Of a DNA stretch of 64,000 nucleotides, positions 11,401 to 24,336 are shown piece by piece. The DNA is from Octopus bimaculoides. Taxonomy: Eukaryota. The notes beneath the pieces are model-generated. The model made no database searches. It was not told where the DNA came from and worked only from the letters and a program-made list of their open reading frames with translations. The stretch spans positions 63,679,000-63,742,999 of the forward strand of contig NC_068982.1 of NCBI RefSeq assembly GCF_001194135.2, read 5' to 3'. The position numbers were made by a program, and so were the translations under genes. Each line of letters starts with the position of its first letter. Positions within the stretch are counted from its first letter, which is position 1.

Positions 11401-13196
11401 CTGGAAACATGGTTTATTATGTTGCAGTGCTTTGGTAAATTGCTTCATTAAGCCTAGTTTTATATGCAGTGGTGGCAAAATGATTTTCTCCTTTTTAACT
11501 TGTGGCTCATGATTTACATTATGGCATCCAGGCGTCATAGTTTCCCGAGGTGGTCATTCTGAGTGTATATAATGTTCTGATCTGGCCATACTGTCCCACT
11601 TGCAAAGGAAGCACACGAACTTGGTGTATCCAGTTTATAGCCTATTACGTAGGGCTACTACTTTCGAGTCCGCACAAATTAGCCACTCATGCGGTCTAGA
11701 ATAAAAGCGAGATCTCTTTTAAAATGATTGAGTGAGTAATTGGAACTGAAGGCATGGTGCTCTCAATGTGCAACAGAACCGTTTTTATGCTGTAAAGGGA
11801 TGCATCTATGAATAACCTCCACACATTTGGTTCATAGGTCAGCTCAAGGGTATTGAATAGGTCTCTGATATCATTCAAATAATTAAAGTTGTTTTCCATT
11901 AAAATAAGTAAAGTCGTTTTCCTAACTACTGTAATTTGAGTATCTTTATCCAGCAGGTTCCATTGTTGCAGACGTGAAGCCAAGACTTCCTTCTGTTGCT
12001 TAGTAAGTGTTAAATCACAAACTAGCTCACTGAATGATCAGGTGTGGTTTCTTGTCAGATTTACCACGGATTTGGACACATATAACTATAAAAATATTGA
12101 ATGTACTTTTATAATTTTCCTAGGTTAGGTTGAAATGCCTTAGGAACACCCCATTTAAACTATATCAAAACCCATTCATAACTTTTAGAGATGTCAGTTT
12201 CGGCCCAATCCTGTTTGCACTCAATTCCTACGGAGCCATCAGTATATTTAACATAAGTAAGATATCAATTTACATGAAACTTGAGGGTCACAGAAATAAA
12301 CGGATGTTATATTCGTCATCTACACACAAAACACCCATAGAAAAGATTATTCACATTTCCGTTTTTTCTTTCCTTGTTATACAGCGGGGAGTGAGTTAAA
12401 CACCGAGGTTGGCTGACCGCTGGGTATCGGTGAGCTGGAAGTGAGGAGTGGGGGTGACCGTGTTTTCGAATGTGTATATATAGGCGAGCATAGACTTGCA
12501 TGGGTGTATATCTTTACCCCATAAAATACTATAGTCGCCAAATGTTTACTTCAGCACTCGATTGCGTCTTTGTGTATTGTCTCTTCGCACCATACTTAGT
12601 TGTCTTATTATTTTATAACTTTATTTAATGTATATTTTCATCAACGCAAGCGTAGTACCTGCTCGCTTTATGCTTATTTATCATTTATCATTCTTATATA
12701 TGTGTTTTCTTTATAATTAATAATAATTAAGTTAATTACCTATAAAGAGAATTATATTTCATTCTAAGTCATTCTAAACCATGTTCTCTCTTGGTCGGAA
12801 CCAACTACAGGCAAAAAGCGTAATTTATTATAATCGAACTAATCGAAACCGAGTTCCATGAGAGAGCTACCTTTTGAAAATACACCTGATGGGGCACATC
12901 TGCATCGAGTGACGTACCACAACCAACTGTACAGAATCTCATCCGCGAGGGACCGATGCTGGATAGATCGAAACGATCGTAGTGATTAATAAAGAATCTC
13001 ATTATTTCCATTTTCTGTTCCGCTCATATGTTATATACTCGATGGACACGAAGGAATTCCTGAAGTAAATACAGTCGCACATATACTGTTGATGACATGA
13101 GGTAGCCGAAGAGAGTGAATATGCTTTGAACGGCATACTACCAAATGTATAGCCAAATTGAAAATTATTGCATATATATGAATATATATCTATATA

Positions 13197-13267
<71 letters not shown>

Positions 13268-14379
13268 CAATACCTTAATATATTAAAAATATATTAAATA
13301 TATGATAATATAGGTGGTCTGTTAGCAATAAGAACCTACAGGCAAGTTAATAAACAAGGATATAAAATAGTACCGGCAATTGCTAGAAATAACAGTCAAA
13401 ACGATTCGAAATAGCCACACAGAGCACTAACCTCATGAATTGAAGGAAAATGTGGGAGTGAGCTAAAGCGTCTTTCCATAGTCAGAGAACTAATATCATA
13501 ATGATCAGAGTTCGAAATCATGTGACAACGATATGTCTGTAAATTTCATTTGGTGAGTTTATCTCACTATGGAAAGGTACTTTAGCTCGCTCCCACGCTT
13601 TGCTTCAATTCATGGGGTTAGTGCTCTGTGTGGCTATTTGGAATCGTTTTGACACTTATTTCTAGCAATTGCTTGTACTATTTTGTACCCCTGTTTATTA
13701 ACTTGCTTTTAGGTTTTAATTGCTAACAGGTCACCTATATTACAATATATTTCATATATTTTTAATATATTAATATATTGTAATATCTTGTATTTATACT
13801 ATAAACCCTGACCGTTTTCAATTTAGCCCTGGCTTTAAACAGTTTTTCTCATGGGTTGTACGAGGCGAGCTACCCTTTTAAACCCGGAGTAACAGTGAGT
13901 TCCTCCGATGAGAACTAAGATCATGATAATCAGAATTCGAAATCACGTGATAAGGATATGTCTGTTTACTTCACTATGGAAAGTTGCTTCACCTCGCTCC
14001 GATGTTTTCCGTCAATTCATGTTGTTAGTGTTCCGTGTGGCTATTTCGAGTCTTTTTGACACTTTTTCTAGCAATTGCCGGTACTATTTTGTTGCATTGT
14101 TGATTAACTTTCCTTTAGGTTTTAATTACTAACGGGTTACCTATAATATATTGAATATATTTTTAATATATTAATATATCGTAACATCTTATTGTATTTA
14201 TACATCTTGACCGTTTTGAATATAGCGCTGGCTTTCAATGGTTTTTCTCATGAGTTGTACGAGGTGAGCTGCCCTTTTTAACCCGGTGCACCAGTGAGTT
14301 CCTCTGATGAGAACTAAGATCATAATGATCAGTGATCGAAATCACGTGAGAAGGATATATATATATATATATATGTATG

Positions 14380-14436
<57 letters not shown>

Positions 14437-14504
14437 ATACGCATACATACATATAGATTCATATATGTATATATATTAATAAACAGACAGACAGACAGAC
14501 AGAC

Positions 14505-14563
<59 letters not shown>

Positions 14564-15256
14564 TTGGTATATAACAAGTTGGTATTTTCATATCTTAAAA
14601 TGCTCAGTTGAACACACGCAAGCACATACATAAATGCATTCAAAGGAAATGGAAAATATATATGGAAGCAGAAAACGGATCTCCGTTGCTTTCGAAGAAA
14701 ACATAAAGTAATTTAATCAGTGGCACTACCTACTCATTGAAACAGCGTGTACGTGGCCGAGTATTCAATAGACGTAAGCACATTTGCCGTAATCCTCATG
14801 CAGAATCGGCGTGAAACAATGACATTGTTGGAGCCGTAAATTGCAGATGAAACTATTCAGCGAGTTTGAGCAGATATTCCGTCTACCCGGGGTTATTCGT
14901 AAGGCTGCAGTTGACCCGAGAATGTGTTTTAAAATGTCTTGAACAAAATGCCACACAATGGGATCGAATCCTGGGCCTCGTGATTACAAAGTGAACTAGT
15001 CGGCTATGCTTCATCCACGCATATACATACATACATACATACATACATACATACATACATACATACATGGTGGTTGTCTACTCCTTACACAGAGTTTGAC
15101 CACCTCCTGTACCTACACCTTAGCCCTTTCATGGCGTCTGATGTGGCTTTTTAAACCAGACAATGTTTTGAAAAAACACCCACACAGATTGCACCTCTGA
15201 TTTGAACTACCAATACCTGCAGGTAAGTTCTGCTCATTGTGGATCCTAACATGTCT

Positions 15257-15288
<32 letters not shown>

Positions 15289-15912
15289 CATACATACATA
15301 CATAGACAATCATACAAAACGATACCTGGAACTATAAAAACCTGCAAGACCTTCTTAAGATTTGAGGAACGACGAACAAAACAAGATGCTTTCCTTCACA
15401 ACTTTGCTACCAAGCAGATGGCCGGTCAAAATTTATTCCAAATTAAAAAAGAAAGAGAACATATATTCGTATATACATATGTACGTACGTACATATAGAC
15501 ATCGTATAAATATATATGTATTTATGCATGTGCAAGTATATATAGATGCATTATGATAGAGAGTTGGGAAATAGTACAAAAATAGTTATTGTGTGGAACC
15601 CTACACCCCATGGCGCGAGTGGTATGAATAATGTCCCTACTCAAACATGATTATTTCTGAAGATTGAAACACTCAAAAATTCATTGCACACGAAATCTGT
15701 ATTCTTCACTTACCACAAAATGTTGCGACATTGACAACGAGGACCACACTTCCTTTATATTTTGACATTTTCACTTCTTCGCCATCTATATTCTTAAATA
15801 CCTGTCCGTGAACGCTTTTACCACCTTTGCACTTTGAAACAAGATTGTGTGGGACTCCTGCTCTTACTACTGCAAACACAAGAAGCAAAACATATGAAAA
15901 GGCTGCCGTCAT
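5277..15912 (-). CDS. GPX: Secreted glutathione peroxidase (GPx1/3/5/6-like, Cys variant), 3 coding exons, 211 aa
   Basis: Joining 15912-15714, 7478-7237 and 5471-5277 at GT-AG sites (phases 1 and 0) gives an open frame with an N-terminal hydrophobic signal-like stretch and the GPx motifs VNVATFCG, GFPCNQF, VRPGNGF, KADVNG and DIMWNFEKF. Confidence 0.95.
6290..6880 (+). mobile_element. Three head-to-tail tRNA-derived SINE copies (my family A) in GPx intron 2
   Basis: Heads aaggc(a/g)gcgagctggcagaatcgttagc at ~6291, ~6516 (degraded) and ~6692; A-box TGGCAGAATCG and B-box GAGTTCAAATTC; (tta)n spacers. Confidence 0.85.
7237..7478 (-). CDS. GPX: GPx coding exon 2
   Basis: Acceptor tttcag|GC at 7480-7479; reads (G)YATQYIEMNALL...GFPCNQFSHMEPG...FTILK; donor AAG|GTATTT. 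Confidence 0.95.
8062..8250. repeat. ~52-bp imperfect inverted repeat
   Basis: 8062-8114 is the reverse complement of 8199-8250 with a few mismatches. Confidence 0.85.
8780..8905 (-). mobile_element. Degenerate SINE (family A-like) fragment
   Basis: gtcgacctcagc and aagcatttcgcccgac...tccgccaatctgcc match the reverse complement of family A. Confidence 0.5.
10403..10782 (-). mobile_element. Full-length tRNA-derived SINE (my family C) with 11-bp TSD
   Basis: Head ggcgcaatggcccagtggttagggcagcggactcgcgg; TSD tcttgtatatt at 10392-10402 and 10783-10793; homologous copies at 27.2 and 47.3 kb. Confidence 0.9.
10940..12330 (-). mobile_element. Degenerate DNA transposon, Chapaev3/CMC-like transposase
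   Basis: Fragments WRLFIDASLYSIKTVLLH, LPPLHIKLGLMKQF, HFLHSHL, GERLHQDI...RYKG...MLADFCW; family assignment is from recalled motifs. Confidence 0.65.
13888..13970 (+). ncRNA. Type I hammerhead ribozyme motif (copy 2; U4C substitution)
   Basis: Stem I UCCU/AGGA plus AACAG/CUGUU across a 5x5 internal loop; core CCGAUGA 13905-13911; stem II GAA..UUC; GAAA 13939-42; palindrome UCACGUGA; AUA site, predicted cut after 13952. Confidence 0.8.
14300..14355 (+). ncRNA. Type I hammerhead ribozyme motif (copy 3; intact CUGAUGA, U16.1G)
   Basis: UCCU-CUGAUGA(14304-10)-G...C-GAAA(14338-41)-UCACGUGA-GA-AGGA. Confidence 0.75.
14715..15020 (-). mobile_element. Old tRNA-related SINE remnant
   Basis: Reverse complement shows a B-box-like ggattcgatccc near 14960-14972; otherwise degraded. 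Confidence 0.4.
15069..15260 (-). mobile_element. RTE-type LINE 3' end with C2H2 motif, inside (ATAC)n
   Basis: RCNLCGCFFKTLSGLKSHIRRHERAKV*; (ATAC)n on both sides. Confidence 0.55.
15320..15420 (+). mobile_element. Extreme 3' end of an RLE-type LINE
   Basis: PGTIKTCKTFLRF, homologous to SGTVKVCKTFLKF at ~27.1 kb. Confidence 0.55.
15714..15912 (-). CDS. GPX: GPx coding exon 1 (signal peptide to peroxidatic Cys66)
   Basis: MTAAFSYVLLLVFAVVRAG...VLVVNVATFC-G; ends TGT G|GTAAGT (donor GT at 15713-15712). Confidence 0.95.
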
Positions 15913-16009
15913 CGCTCAATGTTTATATTTTCTGCACTAAAGTTTATTTGCAGCAGACAACACAACAATGAGAATGACAACCTAAAGAAGCATGATTCAA
16001 TTTATATGA

Positions 16010-16064
<55 letters not shown>

Positions 16065-16963
16065 AGTGCGTGTGTGTATGCCCGTGGTAAGCTTGATTGA
16101 CAAATGTTTGCAGTAAAAAGTTTGGTCGCAGCTGGTTGAATTACAAGAAATAGTTTAACCGATAGTTAAAATAATTCTTGTTTGGTGTCAGTAAACCATT
16201 ATTTCTGTTCCCGTGTAACAGATGTTAAAGTTTGACACGTATTACAAGATTTAGATTGCTTTCGTTATTTCCAGTTAGTTGTTTATTGTTGCTTTCTCTT
16301 ATTATTGTCGTTTTTTTTTTTTGCCTGTTCAAATTATCGGACTACGGACATACTGCAACATTACCTTCAAGCGTTTTAATCTTTATTTCAGTATGGTACT
16401 TATTTAATCGCATCTATTAGTTAAACCACTATTTTACAGAACACAAATTGACACAAAAGAAACAACAAAATCGGTTTTAGAGTAGTGTAAAATACTTCAA
16501 CAACTTGCTTGATTCTTGTCTGGGGATTTCGGTAGCTATATAGAGCGAGAACAACAATTGAGAACCAATAGTTACAGTGATGGTGGTGTATAGAACGTTT
16601 CACCTTCGAGCTATACAATAATGTCAGACTTGAAGTAGTTGTATGCTGTCAAATTAATGTGACAGTCCCCTGAAGGGAATAATACTACTGTTGGTTAGAC
16701 CTAGGAAGCTGCATTTTATAACCGTCATATTAGTTTTTATTTTATTTTGTTTCATTTTATTTATCTTTTGAAAATGTATTATTGATGCTCATATTTACAA
16801 ACATAAACATACATTAATTCAGTCTGTTTTACGATATGCCATTTTCGCATATGTGATTTTCGTCCATTTTACGCTGATGACATTCTTACTCAAATATTTC
16901 CATAATATATATTTTTAGTTTTTGAGTTTGAATTGAAACAATTGGAGGGATTATATTTATTTT

Positions 16964-17037
<74 letters not shown>

Positions 17038-17084
17038 TATAATTATAATAAAAATAATAATAATAATTATAAACAATACCTATT

Positions 17085-17232
17085 GTCATAGGTGCCCTGG
17101 GAATGACAGCGAAACGGGCTGATTACTACCTAGCTCAGATACCAGGAAACCCCAAAATGGCTGAAGTTCAAAAGATAGTGCTCATGGGAACTGCCCATAT
17201 CCTACGTAAAATACTGTCTATGGGATCTCAAA
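17085..17232 (+). mobile_element. R4/Dong-like LINE 3' fragment in (AAT)n
   Basis: IPIVIGALGMTAKRADYYLAQIPGNPKMAEVQKIVLMGTAHILRKILSM; (AAT)n flanks. Confidence 0.75.
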
Positions 17233-17374
17233 NNNNNNNNNNNNNNNNNNNNNNNNNNNNNNNNNNNNNNNNNNNNNNNNNNNNNNNNNNNNNNNNNNNN
17301 NNNNNNNNNNNNNNNNNNNNNNNNNNNNNNNNNNNNNNNNNNNNNNNNNNNNNNNNNNNNNNNNNNNNNNNNNN

Positions 17375-19160
<1,786 letters not shown>

Positions 19161-19304
19161 ATTCGGTCTCTTTTACAATTTCAAACTTCTCATGTGATTT
19201 TCGTCCAGTTTACGCTGATGAGATTCTTACTCAAATATTTCCATGATATATACTTTTTGTTTTTGAGTTTGAATTAAAACAATTGGAGGGATTATATTTA
19301 TTTT

Positions 19305-19363
<59 letters not shown>

Positions 19364-19364
<1 letters not shown>

Positions 19365-21165
19365 TCCAGGGAGACACGCTCTCTCCCCTCCTGTTCTGCC
19401 TGGCACTCACACCTTTAACTGAATTGCTAAATAGAACTGCATGCCAATACAAATGTTACGGAAAAACAGTCAGCCACCTTTTATATATGGATGACTTAAA
19501 ATTATACGCCAGAAATGACAAAGAACTGGAAACACTACTACAGAAAGTACGTGGCTTTACCAAGGAAATAGATATGAAATTTGGATTAGAAAAATGTGCC
19601 AAAGCAACCCTGAAAAGAGGAAAATTAGTTAAAAAGTAGCAACATCACACTAGATAAAGCCAATGATATAAGAGAACTAGACGAAAGTCAGCCATACAAA
19701 TATTTAGGAGTCAATGAACTAGATAGGATACAACACACACAAATTAAAGAAAAAATAAGGAACGAGTACTATAAACGAGTTAGATCAATACTAAAAACAA
19801 AGCTCAATGCTAAAAACAAGATAATAGGTATTAACACTCTAGCTGTCCCAGTTATAAGTTACAGCTACGATATCCTTAACTGGACACTAAACGAAGTATC
19901 TAAAATAGACAGGAAAACAAGAAAAATAATGACAGGATATAGGATGCACCACCCAAAATCTGACATAGAAAGGCTATATATACAATGCACAGAAGGTGGC
20001 AGGGATCTTATACAGCTGGAAGACTATTATAAAATAACCACCATAGGACTTCAAAAATACCTACTCCAGAAGCAAGGAAAACTAATAGAAATAGCCACAA
20101 AACACGAGCAAAACAAAAAACTGTTTTCAGTATTTAAGGAAGCTGACAAANNNNNNNNNNNNNNNNNNNNNNNNNNNNNNNNNNNNNNNNNNNNNNNNNN
20201 NNNNNNNNNNNNNNNNNNNNNNNNNNNNNNNNNNNNNNNNNNNNNNNNNNNNNNNNNNNNNNNNNNNNNNNNNNNNNNNNNNNNNNNNNNNNNNNNNNNN
20301 NNNNNNNNNNNNNNNNNNNNNNNNNNNNNNNNNNNNNNNNNNNNNNNNNNNNNNNNNNNNNNNNNNNNNNNNNNNNNNNNNNNNNNNNNNNNNNNNNNNN
20401 NNNNNNNNNNNNNNNNNNNNNNNNNNNNNNNNNNNNNNNNNNNNNNNNNNNNNNNNNNNNNNNNNNNNNNNNNNNNNNNNNNNNNNNNNNNNNNNNNNNN
20501 NNNNNNNNNNNNNNNNNNNNNNNNNNNNNNNNNNNNNNNNNNNNNNNNNNNNNNNNNNNNNNNNNNNNNNNNNNNNNNNNNNNNNNNNNNNNNNNNNNNN
20601 NNNNNNNNNNNNNNNNNNNNNNNNNNNNNNNNNNNNNNNNNNNNNNNNNNNNNNNNNNNNNNNNNNNNNNNNNNNNNNNNNNNNNNNNNNNNNNNNNNNN
20701 NNNNNNNNNNNNNNNNNNNNNNNNNNNNNNNNNNNNNNNNNNNNNNNNNNNNNNNNNNNNNNNNNNNNNNNNNNNNNNNNNNNNNNNNNNNNNNNNNNNN
20801 NNNNNNNNNNNNNNNNNNNNNNNNNNNNNNNNNNNNNNNNNNNNNNNNNNNNNNNNNNNNNATAAAGACCTAGAAATAGAGGTAACTCGAATGTGGAATC
20901 TAAAAACAGAAACAATTCCTATCACAGTAGGTGCCTTAGGTATAATAAAAAATATTCAGACAAATACATAACAAAAACACCAGGACTTACAAATATATAT
21001 AACATACAGAAAATTGCACTACTGGGCACTGCACACATCCTACGCAAAACACTTTCAATACAGTAACCATAAGAGCATCACAGCAAACCACAGCACATAC
21101 CCAAGGCACACAAAGCTGCGCTCGGTAGTGAAGTGAAAGCACGTTATAAAAATAAAACTACTGAA
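19364..21165 (+). mobile_element. 5'-truncated R4/Dong-like RLE LINE (RT plus C-terminus; N gap) in (TAA)n
   Basis: FQGDTLSPLLFCLAL, HLLYMDDLKLYA, MKFGLEKCAK, YKYLGV, KDLEIEVTRMW, GTAHILRKTLSIQ*; (AAT)n on both sides; premature stop at ~19637. Confidence 0.85.
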
Positions 21166-21737
21166 CAATAATAATAATAATATAATATTATGTTAATAAA
21201 TTGAGATATGTCAGTTTAAATCTCCCTTTTCCTCTTATTGTATATTATGTATATATTCACATTTGTAATGGAGAAAAAGATTTTTCTACTATATTGGGTA
21301 TTAAACAGTTAACCAGTGAAAATTGGATGTGTTACATCTCTATAAGAGGAGATATTTTTCACATCCCCTAAAAGAGGAGATACATTTTGATAAATTTAAT
21401 GCTGGCTTTGTTTATGTTGTTATATTTGCATATGTTTCTCATTGTGAAGCAAATACATGTTTAAACATTAATTTTTGCAGCTTTCAGTGCTCCGCAATAT
21501 TTTTGAGTTTCTATTCCTTTACACAGGAAAATTGAGATAAAGAAGCTTAACCAAAATTAAAACTAAATTTTGAATTAAAAAGAGTTCTAATAATGTAACA
21601 GTTATTATAAGTGTTATATATCATAACCTGTCACCAAACCTCACGTATGTCAGTTGAGAGGAAAGAGTGCCTGGTTGACATTGTATGTGTCAAATGTTCA
21701 TCATAGACTAGTTACTTCAACTCACAGTTGTCGTAAT

Positions 21738-21768
<31 letters not shown>

Positions 21769-22049
21769 NNNNNNNNNNNNNNNNNNNNNNNNNNNNNNNN
21801 NNNNNNNNNNNNNNNNNNNNNNNNNNNNNNNNNNNNNNNNNNNNNNNNNNNNNNNNNNNNNNNNNNNNNNNNNNNNNNNNNNNNNNNNNNNNNNNNNNNN
21901 NNNNNNNNNNNNNNNNNNNNNNNNNNNNNNNNNNNNNNNNNNNNNNNNNNNNNNNNNNNNNNNNNNNNNNNNNNNNNNNNNNNNNNNNNNNNNNNNNNNN
22001 NNNNNNNNNNNNNNNNNNNNNNNNNNNNNNNNNNNNNNNNNNNNNNNTA

Positions 22050-23210
22050 ATGCTCAGTTGGCATCGATTTTTGTGAGCTCAATCGGCCGTTTATTTTTCC
22101 TGCAGCTCTCGCATTTTTTTCCCGATTTTGTTGAAAATCGATGAGTAAGCGAGGCTCGTGGCAGTGAGTTGATGTCAGTATATGGCGTTGACAAAAAAAT
22201 TGATAATTGCACCTGAGCAGTAGTTTTATAAAATCAATAGATTTTTTGTGTGCAAATACCCATAGGAATTTTATTTTTGGCCGTAACTTTTATACTTTTT
22301 TATCCAAATTCATGAAATTTGAGATGTCGGTAAATTTTCTGGTGGGGAAACCGTAAAGGTATTTATTTCATTCAAAATGGCTTGAAAAGGGCACAAATGC
22401 AAATAAGCATTTCCGTAAAGACATTCCTACCGATTTTGTAGACATTTTATCCGTGATTACAGTTCATGTCCATTAGCTGATGAGGGGTCGACAAAATATC
22501 GATAATTGCGCATGGGCGAGGGATTTTAATAAATCAATAGGCTTTTTGTATGCAATTACCCATTCGATTAATATTTTATGCTTTAACTTTTTACGGAATT
22601 CATCCGATTTTGATGAAATGTGACATTTAGGTAAAGGTTATGGTCGGAGTCATGTAGTAGAATTAAAATTAAACTGGTGAAAGGCAGAAATGGTCAAAAT
22701 CCACTTACAATAAAATAATGAACTGATTTTGAAGAAAATTGACCCACGAGTAAAATTAAGCATTTCGGCATATGAAACATCGGTTATTCATATAATGTAT
22801 TGGAATTTAAAAGTATTGGAATTTAAGTATTGGAATTTAAAAGTCAATGGGATATTTTCATGTAAATGGTCACATGTATTCTATTTTATGACATAACCTT
22901 AACACTTTCCTTCGCATTTTGCTGAGATTTGACACGCTGATCAAGTTTGTATATTGGGTGGCATTAAGGGGAGAGAAATAAACAAGCATCACTCCCAACG
23001 AATCGAAGTACACTCAAAAATTTGACTGCGATTTCAGACGGTCCAGTATGTAGGAGTGTGTCAAAAGCGTTAACCGGGTAAAATCTCTGCCGAACCAGAT
23101 ATAACATCTTAATGGGTAATAGTTGGCACGGGGAACGTAGAAGATTTCAATACTAGGTCAGAGGTGGGCTTAACTTCAACGTGAAAAACACGAGCAACGC
23201 CGGGTCCTAT
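22050..23210 (+). mobile_element. Probable non-autonomous Helitron-like element with internal ~300-bp duplication
   Basis: Blocks gataattgc...aaatcaatag...taacttt at ~22200 and ~22500; 3' motif gagcaacgccggg at ~23193 resembles invertebrate Helitron ends. Confidence 0.45.
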
Positions 23211-24277
23211 ATGTTATATATATGTGTGTATATTATATATGTATATATGTATATTCTTATACTAGAGTAAATACTATTACGACTGTAATAATATTTACAT
23301 AATTGCACATGGTTAGTATGACATGCACATAGAGCGCGCTGTTATGAATAGATATGCATATATTGATTTTATACGTTATGTCAACAAACATGTAAATAAC
23401 CTAACTGTGAAAATGTAACCTATTGACTTTCCAACGACAGGAAAGTTTGCAAGTTACATATTTATTTAAACTCAGCAGCTTTCGTCTATTTCATCTTCCA
23501 CTAGCTGATGTTCAGAAAACTGCAAGGACTTATGATAAACATATGAAGCAAAGTAGTAAAAGCATAAAGTGCAAGGTTAGCAGTTGTAATTTAATAAAAA
23601 CGTGACTTATGGAAGAATTATGTAACTGGCAATCATATACGATACATTATTAAAGACATATCATGTCTTCTTGTTAAAATATAGCCCGTGGCGAATCTAC
23701 AAAGTCTTTTAAAGCTAAGAGAGTGTATAGTTTCCGATTCATTTGCCCCGTAGTTAAATTATCTGATAATTATTAATTATTACGAAGCAAATGGAACATA
23801 TATATATACCGTATTTGCCGGCAGATTGGACGCACTTTTCTTATTTTTAAATGTCTGATGCAGCCGTATTACGGATGGGAGACCGAGCGCCGTAGGCTAG
23901 TGAGCCGGACGAGCACGCTGGGTAAGTTCCCTAGGCACAAAAATTGTAGCTAATAATAAAATAATGAGAACAAACTAGAATCTCTTTGATTCTTTAAATG
24001 TGCTGGCCCCCTGATAATTAATCGATATTAATTAATATATTAATATATGACTAATTACCAGATCTTATAATAATATTTACCCATTACTCATGTTCTCATT
24101 CTGAATATATTCGACGCAGTAAATAGTTTCTGCGGATATATTCCTGGAATTAGCGCGCCAAAACGAAGACTTTTGAACTTTACCATTAAGCTGTAATTAG
24201 AAGAACCATATGCACGCACACCCATGGCGGTGGGCAACTATACATACGATTCTGATAATTGCTGCTACATTACAAAT

Positions 24278-24336
24278 CAGGCTGATGAGGAATAGACAAA
24301 TGGTAAGAATTTGTTAAATCCGAAACCTGGTTCCTG
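24278..24336 (+). ncRNA. Type I hammerhead ribozyme with intact catalytic core
   Basis: CAGG-CUGAUGA(24282-88)-GGA...UCC long stem II-GAAA(24322-25)-CCUGG-UU-CCUG; GUU site, predicted cut after 24332; abuts an N gap. Confidence 0.8.

Larger units (their letters stand above)
13266..14355 (+). mobile_element. Hammerhead-containing ~400-nt tandem repeat with inverted partial copy (retrozyme/Penelope-like)
   Basis: The gagaactaa...cgaaatca(c/t)gtga block recurs at 13487, 13912 and 14311 (spacing 425 and 399 nt); 13266-13482 is inverted relative to 13566-13781; (TA)n on both sides. Confidence 0.85.

Noticed and set aside
12950-12985. CCGAUGC...GAAA-CGAUCG-UA hammerhead-like string
   Set aside because: Two core mismatches and no helix I pairing.
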